DNA from: Hemiscyllium ocellatum
Lineage: Eukaryota
DNA length: 64,000 bases
Direction: 5' to 3'
NCBI RefSeq assembly: GCF_020745735.1
Contig: NC_083418.1
Location: 49,555,776 to 49,619,775, forward strand
Position 1 is the stretch's first letter. Each line of letters starts with the position of its first letter. The translations under genes and the position numbers were made by a program. This document shows, one piece after another, positions 25,771 through 38,808 of this stretch. The notes beneath the pieces were generated by a model, which did no database searches, was not told the DNA's origin, and worked only from the letters and a program-made list of their open reading frames with translations.

Positions 25771-26949
25771 CTGGACAACTCAGGTTCCAGAGTGAAACCT
25801 AACTTGGTAGACCATAAGGTTTATTTTTCCATTTTGGGTTCTGCGTTGGCCAGGCACTGAACATACTCACTTGAGACTGCTAATGTGCTTTCAACAAAAG
25901 AATGGAAGTTAAGTTTAGCGAAAGGAAAATAAAACCAGGCTTTTAACTTTTTTTAAGAACCTCAAAAATAGCTAAAAGAAATATGCAACCCTTCTCTGAG
26001 CAATATCCTTAACAGATATTGAACTCCAGGGAAGTATCACTTCTGCATTCCCTTTAAAACTTCAAGCTGAACTGACAAAGTTGCCAATGAAGGCTTTTGG
26101 TGACTTTGTGCTTATTTACTGAATGTCATTCACTCCATCCTTCTCCAAGACACAGGGACAGGCTAACTGACTGACTACTCTGACTTCACAACTTGTGGCT
26201 ATGAAAATAGCTTAAGATTTCTTTCCAGTTCTGATAGCCTGAATGTATTCATGGGCAAAAAAAACTGTTCTGCTGGAATGGATCTATTCTCAGACTCAAA
26301 CTGCTTGTGTCTTCTAGTCATCTGTCTCGCTATGGTACATAAAAACTCTAGATAACAATAAGAAGAACATATCTCACGGCTAATTAGGAGAAAGAGAGGA
26401 CTGCAGATGCTGGAGGGCAGATTCGAGAGTGTGGTGCTGGAAAAGCACAGCAGATACAGTGACTTCATGGAAAGGCTATCATTTCTTTCAAATGGAAAGC
26501 TGATCATTATTTTGAAAAGCAGGTCAGGTCTCTTCACAACACTGAGAACTCAAATCCAGTTTACATTCATGATTTATGCTTTTCACTTTCAAACACTACA
26601 TTGAACTTGATTATATTATGATCATTATTTGAGAAATGTTCATGCACAATTATGTTACTAATTAAATCTAGCTCATTACTCATCACTAAATCCAGAATTG
26701 CATCCAGTACATATCACTGTAGAAAATTATCTCAGTCAGTTTCCAAACATTCACTATTTTTCTGACAATCCAAGTTAAAGTTAAAATCCCCATTAATTAT
26801 GCTCTGGCTTTGCTAATGTCAACACTTTGGAGCTGCTACCAGGGGGTCTGGACACAGCATTTATTTTAAATTATTTACTGTAAATAGTTCCTTGTATGTC
26901 CTTAATGTATTTTCATGTTTGTAATTACCTGACAATAGTCAAGTAAAGA

Positions 26950-28165
26950 ACCCTGCTTCATCATTCCAACCACTGTCTCTACTGAATGCTTTCCCTCACT
27001 ATATCTTCCCTTCCCATTTGAAGGAATTTTGCCTCTAATCAGTAAGGCTCCTCCACAGCCTCTGTCATTTTTCTGTCTGTTCTGTAACCTTATAACCCAG
27101 AATATTTAGTTCCCAGTCCTGACCATCACACAGCCATGTCTCAGTCATGACCATTATATCATATCTACAGTTTGTATCTGTGCCTGCAGCTTGTTTAATT
27201 CATTCCTTATTCTCAGTGTATTCATGTAATGAACTCTGATTTGGACCAAACACTATAACCTGTCCCTCAGCACTGATGCATAAGTCACCTATTTATTATT
27301 TCAGTCTGATGAAGTTTAATGAAGAAACACCTTAAAATTTTGCCATTTGCTCTCATGCCTGAATTAGGATTCCTGACAGTTTCTTGGCAATCTGTCATGT
27401 TCCTTGAATTATAAACTGTAATGACATCCTCCAAGCAATGTTACCCACTCCCCAACTCCACCACCACCACATTGACTATTTTAAAGTACCCGTGACTACC
27501 CTATTTAGCCTTTCAGATAAGACATTGGACCCAGGTCAGTTCAGGTGCAGCTTATCCCAGTATTACAGGTCCTTCCTGTCCCAATACTGAGGCCAGTGCC
27601 TCACATAATGAAATCCTTTTTTCCTGTATCACTCCTTTAACCATGTGTTTACTTCCATAATTTTCTTATGTCTATGTCAATTCGGATATGGCTCAATTAA
27701 TAATTCAGAAATGGTAATGGTTGAGATCTAGTTCTTTAATTTACTCCAAATTCCTAATATTCCCCAAACAGGACCTGGTGCCTATGTTGGTCTCAACATG
27801 GACTACGACAACTGGATCCTCCTTGTCTCGTTCCAATATCCTTTCAAGCTGCTTGAAGATGTCTCTTACCTTGGCACCAGGCAGGCAACACACCAAGCAC
27901 AACTTTGCATCTTGCTGACAATGGATGCTATGTGTGTCCCTTATTATACAATACACTACTATTATCACTTCTTCTTGATCCCCCTACTTGAATAGCCTCT
28001 TGTACCATGGTGCAGTGGTCAGTTTGCCCATCAATTGGACCCTCTAGCAGCAGGTGATGGAGAGCACTGACCAACGGAACTGAGCAGTTTGTTGAGACAT
28101 GTTCCACCAGCAGGTCATGACAGTGAGGGATGTGAGGTGGAGCAGTTAAATGGAGTCTCACTGGG
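26950..28165 (-). mobile_element. Old CR1 fragment (ORF1 SGNH-esterase end plus ORF2 EN start), part of the repeat unit; copies at about 34770-35790, 44870-46010 and 62730-64000
   Basis: CCLPGAKVRDIFKQLERILERDKEDPVVVVHVETN; HWPQYWDRKDL...LHLN; YMNT.RIRN.LNKLQAQI...DIMVMTETWL. Confidence 0.85.
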
Positions 28166-28613
28166 GAAAAAAAGACAAGATGTCTGGTAAAAGGAGGAGA
28201 AGAGAGGCAAAAGCACTCAGCTCAAAATTATCCCACAGACATCCTTTAATGTACATGATGTAAATAGTTTCTTGTATATCCTTAATTTATTTTCATGTTT
28301 GTAATGACCTGGCACCAGTTGAATAAAGAACTCTACTTCACCATCTTTCAGTCATCAGTATATTCAAATTTCATATTACTTATGGTCATCTGCCTTACTA
28401 ATGTTATGCACTACTTGGTGTCAAATGATGATTACCATTTCCCCTTGTAAAGTACCTTGGCTCACTTTACTGCTTTAAAGTGGTGTATTAATGGAAGTTG
28501 TTGCATTTGCTTCACAAGTGGTATTTCATTAGCTAACAGCACGATTACTGGTCCTCCTTCTCCAGTCTGAGGTTTACACTGTTGACCCTGTTATTTACTT
28601 TGCATGAATATAG

Positions 28614-28742
28614 AAACAGAGGAAATCCGCACAGACAAAGACAGCCATGAGGACAGGACAATGCAGGTCCCTGATCGCAGAACCCAAGATCAGTTGCAAG
28701 ATGAACATAACCAGGAAGCTGAAGGTGGAAATAATCAAGAAG
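28614..28742 (+). CDS. Putative cytoplasmic exon B1 (ETEEIRTDKDSHEDRTMQVPDRRTQDQLQDEHNQEAEGGNNQE)
   Basis: atatAG acceptor, GAA G|GTAATA donor, 129 nt, open in phase 1-1. Confidence 0.7.
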
Positions 28743-29049
28743 GTAATAACCTCAGGACAATTTTAAAATATGGTACTGTATAATTTGGAGACAGAGGAAA
28801 GGAGTACAGTAACATGACTCTATTTAAAACTTAAAAGGAAAGATATTCTGGGGAAGATGCTTCAGTTTCAAATTATTTAAATTTATATGGAAAAATTATC
28901 TCAAATTTACTTATGCATGGTATTTAAGGTCTTCAAGATTTTCATCATTCCAAGAATGTCTGTGACGAATGCAAGTTGAAATTCAATGGCATTTTCCCGT
29001 TTGCATTTCCAATAGCTCATTCCAAGTCTCTCCCAAATGTCTTGCCCAG

Positions 29050-31440
29050 CACACCGAGACTCATAGACTCACAGCATGGAAACAGACTCTTTGATCCAAC
29101 TCGTCCTTGCTGACGAGATATCCTAAAGTATTCTGGTCCCATTTGCTATCATTTGGCTCATGTCCCTCTCAATCCTTTCTAATCATATACCCATCCAGAT
29201 GTCTTTAAAATATTGTAATTGTACCAGCCTCCACCATCTCCTCTGGCAGCAAATTTTATACACTCATTCTCTGTGTGAAAAAGTTGCATCGTACCTCCCT
29301 TTTAAATCTTTTCCCTCTCAACTTAAACCTATACCCTCTAGTTCTGGACTCGCCCAGTCCAGGAAAAAGACTTTGGCTATTCACTTTATCCATGGCTGTC
29401 ATGATTTTATATCTCATCTCATCTGCCAATAATCTCAGGAAAATAGCCCCAGCCCATTCAGCCTATTCCAGTAGCTCAAACCCTCCAAACCTGGCAACAT
29501 TCTTGTAAATATTTTCTGAACCCTTTCAAGTTTCACAACATCCTTCCTATAGCAGGTAGATCAGAACTGAATACAGTATTCCAAAAGTGACCTAACCACA
29601 ACATGACCTCCCAACTCTTATACTCAATGTACTGACCAAGGTTCTTCTTCACTATCCTATCTACTGAGATTCCACTTTCAAGGAACTATAAACCTGTGAC
29701 TCCACGGTCCGTGTGTTCAGCACCTTCCCATTAAGTGTGAACGTCATGCCCTGGTTTGCCTTTCCAAAATGTAGCTCCTCACATTTATCTAAATTGAACT
29801 CCATCTGCCACTCCTCAGCCCATCGGCCCATTTGATTAATGTCCTGTTGTACTATGAGGTAACGTTCTTCGCTGTCCACTACACCTCCAATTTTGGTGTC
29901 ATCTGTAAACTTACTACTCATACCTTCTATGTTCACATCCAAATCATGTATATAAGTGATGGAAAGCAGTGGACCCAGCACCAACCTTTTTGGCACATCG
30001 CTGGTCACAGGCCTCCAGTCTGACAAGCACCCTTCCACCAATACCCTCTGTCTTCAATCTTCAAGCCAATTCTGTATCCAAATGGCTAGTTCTCCCTATA
30101 TTCCATGTCATCTAATCTGGCTAACCAGTCTCCCATGGGGAACCTTGTCGAACACCTGATTGAAGTTCATATAGATTATGTTCACCACTGTCATCAATCA
30201 TCTTTGTTACTTCTTCAAAAAAACCATCTCAAGTTAGGGAGACACCATTTCCCATGCACAAAGCCATGGTGACTATCCCTGATCAGTCCTTGCAGTTCCA
30301 AATGCATGTACATCCTATCCCTCAGGATTCCGTCCAACAATTTGCCCACCACTAATGTCAGGCACACCTGCCTTTTCCTTACCGCATTTCTTAAACAGTG
30401 GCACCACATTAGCCAACCTTCAGTCATATGGCACCTCACCTGTGACTATCGATTGTATAAATATCTCAGCAAGGAGCCCAGCAATCACTTCCCCACAGAG
30501 TTCTATGGTACGCCAGATCAGCCTTTGGGAATTTATCCACCTTGGTGCGCTTTAAGATGTCCAGCACCACCTCCTGTGTAATATGGACATTTTTCAAGAT
30601 TTTTCAATATTTAATACACCTCGTGCTCCACCTTCCATATCCTTCTCCTCAGTGAAATATTCATTTCACATCTCCCCCAACTCCTGTGCTTCCACACACT
30701 GGTGGCCTTGCGGATTTTTACAAGGCCCTATTCTCTCCCTAGTTACTCTTTTATCCTTCATGTTTTGCAGAAATCATTTGTATTCTCCTTAACCCTATTT
30801 GCCAAAGCTATATGGTGTCCCCTCTTTGCCCTCTGGATTTCTCTCTAAAGTATACTTCACTGTCTTTATACTTTTCTAGGGATTCACTAGGTCTCTGCTG
30901 TCTATGGATGACACATGCTTCCTTCTTACTCTTGATGAAAACCTCAATTTCTCGAGCCATCCAGCATTCCGTACACCTACCAGCCTTGTCTTTCACCCCA
31001 AATAAGAAGTAGATGCTCCTGCACTACCTGTCTTCCTCTCCTACCTTTCCCGGGGGCAACCCATCTATTTGACTGTATCTTCGGTTTTTCTCCTTTCCTG
31101 CAATGGCCATCCATTCATCCTCAGCTGCTACAAATTCCTCACTGCCTCTAACAGCCTTTCTAACCTATCCATGCAATCCGATAGGACTTGCAACCAAACA
31201 CACTTCCTGCAGCCATAGTCATCAGTAACATGGAAACTCTGCCTAATCTCCCACATCGGACAGGAAGAGCACATCACTCCACTGAAATGCCATCTTTGCA
31301 GACCCAAAAAAATAGCTAAATCATACTGCTCTAAAACTTGCAGCGCAAGGCTAACTTACTATGTATATTCTTTATTTTTATAGTTTAATCAAGAGGCAGA
31401 TCTCAATAAAAACATGAGATCAAAACAGAACTACTCACTC
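29050..31440 (-). mobile_element. Internally deleted CR1 (3' end to ORF1/5'UTR); orthologous copies at about 37835-38650 and 47960-50590
   Basis: SKFTDD ORF 29661-30041; ORF1 zinc-finger-like CSSCQMWE in the copy at 50051-50254; identical insertion point downstream of B exons. Confidence 0.85.
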
Positions 31441-31892
31441 ATGTAGATTTACAAAAACAAGACATTTATCTCTCAGTCCTCTCGGATGCCCTCTTACATT
31501 CCTGATGAAGAGGTTATACTCAAAATGTTGCCTCGCCTGCTCCTCGGAAGCTGCCTGACCGGCTGTGCTTTTCCAAAGCCACATACATTGATTCTGAAAT
31601 AATGTCCACTTAAACCAAATTAACCGTAATTGAACAGTGGCAAACAAATTAGCAATAACAATTGGATAAGATGTTTCACTTTAATATTTACAATACTTCA
31701 ATGTTTGGTTCTGCTATATTATACATCTTCAGTGAAAGAGTTGAGATAAATGTTTTGTTGGTAAGTTATCAAAACTTCATTGTAGAAGGAACTTCAACAA
31801 TAATGTAGAACGGTTTGCTTCTCAAAATATCACATTCAGAATCCAAATCTTTGTCAGCTCACTAATATCAATATTCTCCATTGTTATTAAAG

Positions 31893-31961
31893 GACCACCT
31901 GAAGAAAGTGAAAATTGTCCTCTAATACCAGTACAGCAGAGGGTTGCTGCCATTGAACAAA
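31893..31961 (+). CDS. Putative cytoplasmic exon C1 (GPPEESENCPLIPVQQRVAAIEQ)
   Basis: ttattaaAG acceptor, CAA A|GTAAGT donor, 69 nt, open in phase 1-1. Confidence 0.7.
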
Positions 31962-32573
31962 GTAAGTATTAATGCCAAAAACACAACTTCCATTCTTACT
32001 CAAGTATTCAGTCATACATTCTCCTACAATTAGATTCCAAGTAATTTCATGTTCAATTGTAAAGGAACTTGCAAACTTTTCCCAGCCTCAAGTGCAGTAT
32101 CACAGAATAGTATATAGGACTATGTCAGAATTGCAAATGCACTTAGGAAGTATTTGTGTTATTGTCAATAATGAAGAAAATTATTTCAAATACAAAAAAA
32201 AAGCTATAAACGTAAAATAAAAACAAGACAGTCCAGAAACACTCACCAGGTAAGGTTAAATCTGTAGTGAGGAACTAAATTAATTTTAACAGATTAATTC
32301 ATTAACAAATTAAACATAATTGAACAGTGGCAATCTAATTAGTAATAACAATTATATTAAAGGTTTCACGTTAATATTTACGACACTTCAATGTTTGGTT
32401 CCGCAACATTATAATGAGCAGTGAAAGACTTGAGATAAATGTTTTGTTGAAATGTTATCAGAACTTCATCATAGAAGGAACTTCAACAATAGTTTCGAAT
32501 GGTTTGCTTGTAATAACATCACATTCAGAAAAATCCTAATCTTCGTCAGCTCGCAAATGTACATTTTTTGCAG

Positions 32574-32645
32574 TGAGTAAAGGACAACCAATACCGAAGA
32601 AAAATGAAAACAATATCGGTCAAGCAGTTACTTCCCCCAGAAGAA
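32574..32645 (+). CDS. Putative cytoplasmic exon D1 (SKGQPIPKKNENNIGQAVTSPRR)
   Basis: ttttttgcAG acceptor, AGA A|GTAAGT donor, 72 nt, open in phase 1-1. Confidence 0.7.
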
Positions 32646-33146
32646 GTAAGTACTCATGTCAAAAACATAACTTACATTCAGACTTGTGTACTCAGTCATA
32701 TATTCTATTACAATAAGCTTCCAAATAATCTGAGGGTGCACTTCAATTGGAAAGGAACTTGCAAACTATTCCTAGTCACAAGGCTTTGTGCAGTATCACA
32801 GAATAGAATCCATGACCATGTACTTGAGGAAGTATTTGTGTGATGGAAAGCATTGACAATAATGGATAAAATTATTACAAACACAAAAGAAAATGATTAC
32901 AGATGCTGGAAAAACCTAAAAGAACCACAGGACAATCCAGAAACATTCAGCAGGTAAGGTTAAATCTGTGGTGAGGAACAAAGTTAATTTTTAACGTTAG
33001 GACATTTCACCTCTTTTAATGAAGGATCATTGGACCAAAGCACTTGTTCTGTTTGTCTCCATAGAGACTGCTCAGTATTTCAAGCTGCTTTCATTATAAA
33101 AGTGTTTTGTGGTGGCTTTGTTTGAGGAGAATAATTTTCACTGTAG

Positions 33147-33260
33147 GCAGAGACCATTCTCCTCATCCTCATGATAATTTCAGGGAACTATTACATGCAC
33201 CTCAGCAGTTGGATGGGTCGCTTGTTCAGTGCAGTTTTAGAAATCAGCGCCTTCAACTCT
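33147..33260 (+). CDS. Putative cytoplasmic exon E1 (RDHSPHPHDNFRELLHAPQQLDGSLVQCSFRNQRLQL)
   Basis: ttttcactgtAG acceptor, CTC T|GTAAGA donor (second in-frame donor at 33270), 114 nt, open in phase 1-1. Confidence 0.65.
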
Positions 33261-33309
33261 GTAAGATATGTAAGAGTAACTTGTATTGCAGCGAGCTCAC
33301 AAAGAGTCA

Positions 33310-34215
33310 CCATGTGAGTTATTGCAGTGTGTCTTGTACAGGGTGCACACTGCTGCCACTGTATATTTGTGATTGAGGGAGTTTAACTTTAAGCTGAGGG
33401 TTAAGCTGCCATTCAGGTGGGCTGCTTTGTGCTGGATATTGTCCTGGTGCTTGAGTGTAGTTAGAATCACACCATCCAGGAAATAGGAGAGTACTATATC
33501 ATTCTCCTGGCTTTGGCCTTGTTAATGGTGAATCAAGTTAGGGTAATCAGGAGAGGATTTACTCGCCATAGAATTGAAAGCTGCTGACTAATTCGTGATT
33601 CTAATCAATTTCTGGACAAACGTTACTCCCAGAGTCTTGACAGTGATGGATTCAGCTAATGTTATTAGATGTCAAGGAGGAAGAAGGTTAGATCCTCTAT
33701 GGCTGGAGATAGTAAATGTTTGACATTTGTGTAGTGCCAATGTTACATGCCTATAAAGCTGTTGGGCTGTAACCTGCTGTTGTGTGAGTTTTGATTTTGC
33801 CCACTCCAGTCCAACACTGGCATCTCCACATTTTGCCTATTATCAGTCTTGCTGCTTACAAACACAGTCTGTTTCAGTATCACAGAGTCTTGATTGGGAC
33901 TGAACATTGTGCAATCATCGACAATCATTCTCACTTCTGACCTCATGATGGAGCCAGGTCATTAGTGAAGCAGCTGAAGGTGGTTGGGTGTGGGACACTG
34001 CCTTGACATCAGCCTGCAGTGAAGTCCTAAAGCTGAAACGATTAGCCTCCAAGAAGCAGCCATCCTCCTTTCAGACTCCAACCAGTGGAGATTTGTTCTC
34101 CATTTCACAATGTCTCCACATTTGGCAGGGCTGCTTGATACCATCCTTGGTGAAATGTTGCCATGTTGTCAAGGACAATCACTCTCACATTCTCTCTTGA
34201 GTTCAGTTCTTTTCT
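33310..34215 (-). mobile_element. Old CR1/L2-like RT remnant in each unit (also about 43300-44260 and 54885-56230)
   Basis: Minus strand resembles VTFAPHKCQ...LGVT.DQKL.W...YSP..W; same position in three units. Confidence 0.65.
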
Positions 34216-36232
34216 CCAGCAACTGAACATCAATGAATTGGTTGGTGTCTGAACAACTCAGATTACATTTTGGTTACTGTGTTGGCCAGGCACTAAACAC
34301 ATTCAGAGACTGCGAATGTGCTTCTAACAAAAGAATAGAAGTTAATTTTAACTGAAAGGAAAATAAAACCACGATTTTAATTTTTTTAAAGATTCTGTTA
34401 AAAATAGCTGAAATAAATATGCAAACCATTTCAAAACAATATCCTTTACAGACACTGAACTCCAGGGAAGTATCACTCCTACTATTCCTTTAAAACTTAA
34501 AACTAAACTGACAAGGTTACATATGAAGCCTTTAGTGTCTTTGTGCTTATTCACTGGATGTCATTTTCTCCATCCATCCCAAGACACAGGGACAGGTTAA
34601 CTGACTGACTTTGCTCTGATTTCACTACTTGTTGCTGCAAAAATAGCTCAAGGTTTCATTCCGGCTCAGGTGGCCTGAATGTATTCATTGACAAAAAAAG
34701 ACTGTTCTGTTGGAATGGATCTTTTCTTATGGACTCAGTCTGCTCAACCTTCAGTCCCCACTGAATGCTTTCCCTCACTATATCTTGCAGCTTGTTTAAT
34801 TTATTCCTTACTCGCTGTGTGTTCATGTAATAAACTCTGATTTGGACCAAACATTATAACCTGTCCCTCAGCACTGATGCTTAAATCATCTGTTTATTAT
34901 TTCAGTCTAATGAAGTTTAAAGAAGAAACATGTTATAATTTTGCCAGTAGGTCTAATGTTTGAATTAGGATTCCTGACAATTTCTTTGCTCGCTGTCATG
35001 TTCCTTGAATTAGAAACTGTAATAACCTCCTCCAAGCAACATCAGCCTCCCCTTCCCTGCCAACACCCCTCGAATCTGCCACTCCCTTGATGATTTTAAA
35101 GTACCTGTGACTGACTACGCTATTTAGCCTTTCAGATAAGACATTGGTTCCGGATTGGTTCAGGTGAAGGCCATCCCAGTATTACAGGTCTCTCCTGTCC
35201 CAATACTGAAGTCAGTGCCCACATAATGAAATCCCTCTTTCCTCTATCCCTCCTTTAACCATGTGTTTATCTCCATAATTTTCTTATGTCTATGTCAATT
35301 CGGACGTGGCTCAATTAATAATCCAGAAATTGTAACGCTTGAGGTCCAGTTCTTTAATTTGCTCCGAATTCCTGATATTCCCCAAACAGGGCCTGGTGCC
35401 AATGTTGGTCTCAACATGAACTACAATAACTGGATCCTCCTTGTCTCGTTCCAATATCCTTTCAAGCTGCTTGAAGATGTCTCTTAGCTTGGCACCAGGC
35501 AGGCAACACACCAAATGCAACTTTGCATCTTACTGACAATGGATGCTATGTGTATCCCTTATAATAGAATACACTACTATTATTACTTTTCTTCTTGATC
35601 CCCCTACTTGAATAGCCTCTTGTACCATGGAGCAGTGGTCAGTTTGCCCATCAGTCGGACCCTTTAGCAGCAGGTAATGGAGAGCACTGACCAATGGAAC
35701 TGTGCAGTTTGTTGAGACATGTTCCACCAGCAGGTCATGACAGTGAGGGACGTGATGTGGAGCAGTTAAATGGAGTCTCACTGGGGAAAAAAAGACAAGA
35801 TGTCTGGTAAAAGGAGGAGAAGAGAGGCAAAAGCACTCAGCTCAAAATTATCCCACAGACATCCTTCCATGTAAATGCTGTAAATAGTTTCTTGTATATC
35901 CTTAATTTATTTTCATATTTGTAATGACCTGGCACCAGTTGAATAAAGAACTCTGCTTCACCACCTTTTGGTCATCATAAATTCAAATTTCATCTTACTT
36001 ATGGTCATCTGCCTTACTAATGTTATGCACTACTTGGTGTCAAATGATGATTACCATTTCCCCTTGTAAAATACCTTGGCTCATTTTACTGCTTTAAAGT
36101 GGTGTATTAATGGAAGTTGTTGCATTTGCTTCACAAGTGGTATTTCATTAGCTAACAGCACAATTACTGGTCCTCCTTCTCCAGTCTGAAGTTTACACTG
36201 TTGACCCTGTTATTCACTTTTCATGAATGTAG

Positions 36233-36361
36233 AAACACAGGAAGTCCACACAGGCAAAGGCAGCCATGAGGACAGGACAATGCAGCTCACTGATCGCAGC
36301 ACACAAGATCAGTTACAAGATGAACATAACCAGGAAGCTGAAGGTGGAATTTATCAAAAAG
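36233..36361 (+). CDS. Putative cytoplasmic exon B2 (ETQEVHTGKGSHEDRTMQLTDRSTQDQLQDEHNQEAEGGIYQK)
   Basis: tgtAG ... AAA G|GTAATA, 129 nt, open. Confidence 0.6.
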
Positions 36362-36504
36362 GTAATAATCGCAGGATGATTAAAAATATAATTTGGAGAT
36401 ACAGGAAAAGAGTACAGTAATATGACTCCAATTAAAACTGTAAGGGGAAGGTAGAAGATCATCTGGGAGAGATACTCAAGTTTCGGATTGTTTTAAATTT
36501 ATAC

Positions 36505-37670
36505 AGAACATAGAACATAGAAAAATACAGCGCAGTACAGGCCCTTCGGCCCTCGATGTTGCGCCGACCGAAGCCTACCTAACCTACACTAACCCAATAA
36601 CCTCCATATGCTTATCCAATGCCCGCTTAAATGACCATAAAGAGGGAGAGTCCACCACTGCTACTGGCAGGGCATTCCATGAACTCACAACCCGCTGAGT
36701 AAAGTATCTACCCCTAACATCTGTCCTATACCAATCTCCCCTTAATTTAAAGCTGTGTCCCCTAGTAACAGCTGACTCCATTAGTGGAAAAAGGTTCTCA
36801 GTGTCTACCCTATCTAAACCCCTAATCATCTTGTACACCTCTATCAAATCTCCCCTAAACCTTCCTATCTCCAATGAGAACAGCCCCAAATGCCTCAGCC
36901 TTTCCTCATACGATCTTCCTACCATGCCAGGCAACATCCTGGTAAACCTCCTCTGCACCCATTCTAATACCTCCACATCCTTCCTATAGTATGGCGACCA
37001 AAACTGCACACAATACTCCAGATGAGGCCACACCAGAGTCTTATACAACTGCAACATGACCTCAGGACTCCGGAACTCAATTCCTCTACCAATAAAGCCC
37101 AGTACGCCATATGCCTTCTTCACAGCACTATTTACCTGGGTGGCAACTTTCAGAGATCTGTGTACATGGACACCAAGATCCCTCTGCTCATCCACACTAC
37201 CAAGTAGCCTACCATTAGCCCAGTAATCCATCTTCTTGTTACTCCTATCAAAGTGAATGACTTCACACTTAGCTACATTGAACTACATTTGCCACCTTTC
37301 TGCCCAGCTCTGCAACTTATATATATCCCGCTGTAACCTGCCACATCCTTCTTCGCTGTCCACAATTCCACCGACTTTCGTATCATCTGCAAACTTGCTC
37401 ACCCAGCCTTCAAGCCCCTCCTCCAGGTCATTTATAAAAATGACAAACAGCAATGGTCCCAAAACAGATCCTTGCGGAACACCGCTAGTAACTGCACTCC
37501 GAGATGAACCTATACCATCAACTACTACCCTCTGTCTCCTTCCAGCCAGCCAATTCCTAATCCAAACCTCTAATGCACCCTCAATGCCATACCTCCATAA
37601 TTTTTGCAGTAGCCTACCATGGGGAATGCCTTGCTAAAATCCATATACACTACATCTACTGCTTTACCCT
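36505..37670 (-). mobile_element. Unit-2-specific CR1 insertion, different subfamily (ctatgtt tail)
   Basis: 215-aa minus ORF 36584-37231; agaacatagaacatag tail; absent from the equivalent intron of other B copies. Confidence 0.9.
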
Positions 37671-38786
37671 CGTCTCTCAGGTCTACTTGTGTGTAGTATT
37701 TAAGCTGTTTGAGATTTTCATCTTTCCAAGAATATCTGTGATGAATGCAACTTGAAATTCAATGGCATTTTCCCATTTGTATTTCCAACAGCTCATTCCA
37801 AGTCTCCCCCAAATTACTTGCCCAGCACACCCAGACTCATAGCGTTAAGGAGCTGTACAACATGGAAACAGACTCTTTGGTCCAACTCATCCATGCTAAG
37901 CAGATATCCTGAATTATTCTAGTCCCAGCTGCCAGTATTTGGCCCATGTCCCTCCTAACCCTTCCTATTCATATACCTATTCAGATGCTTTTTAAATGTT
38001 GTAATTGCACCAGCGTCCACCACCTCCTCTGGCAGCTCATTCCATACATTCACCATTCTCTGCGTGAACAAGTTGACTGTTAGATCCCTTTTAAATCTCT
38101 CCCCTCTCACCTTAAACTGATGCCCTCGAGTTTTGGATTCCTCCAGCCCAGGAAAAAGATCTAGGCTTTGCACTCTATCTATGACCCTCATGATTTTATA
38201 AACCTTTTGAAGATCACCTCTCACCCTCTAACACTCCAGGGAAAATGCCCCAACCTATTCAGCCTTTCCCTATTGCTGAAAAACCTCTGGCCCCAACAAC
38301 ATCCTTGTAAATCTTTTCTGAACCCTTTCAAATTCCACAACATCCTTCCCACATCAGGTAAAAAACACTGCTCCAGGATAACTTAGCACCTATTTTCATT
38401 AACTTAAAAGTTTAATCAAGTGATGGATTTCAATAATAACAAAATCAAAACAGAACTCACTCTACTCACTAATATAGATTTACATAAACAAACAGTAAGG
38501 TTACACTTTAAAGAGCCACTTAGCTGCTTCCCTGTGAGTTCCCCCATACACGTCTCTACCAAATGGGGTTTAGCCTGCCTATCTGATTCCCCACTCACTC
38601 TCAGCACTGACACTTTAGACCCTATCAGCAGATTGGCTACAAATGCTTGACTCCAAATGTCCCTCCAAATGGCCTTACATCCATTAGTACTTTGTGAATG
38701 ATATTATTGACATCATGTTTTTGGTGGAAACCCAATTGAGGATGACAACTTCCTGTTAATGAAGCTTCTCAAATTGTTTGTGTTCT

Positions 38787-38808
38787 CCACCGCCATCTGG
38801 TGGCAGTG
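38787..38808 (-). promoter_or_regulatory. Candidate CTCF site
   Basis: Reverse complement CACTGCCACCAGATGGCGGTGG matches the CTCF core by eye; the paralog at 50716-50737 has GTCACCAG. Confidence 0.45.

Noticed and set aside
25853-25910. Possible 54-nt phase-1 exon (TEHTHLRLL...)
   Set aside because: Poor donor, and paralogous copies in units 2 and 3 contain in-frame stops.
27517-27570. tttcAG-ataagacattgg block that looked like another small exon in each unit
   Set aside because: It is the reverse complement of the CR1 ORF1 C-terminus (LHLN...NVLSERLNRVV), and no donor is consistent between copies.
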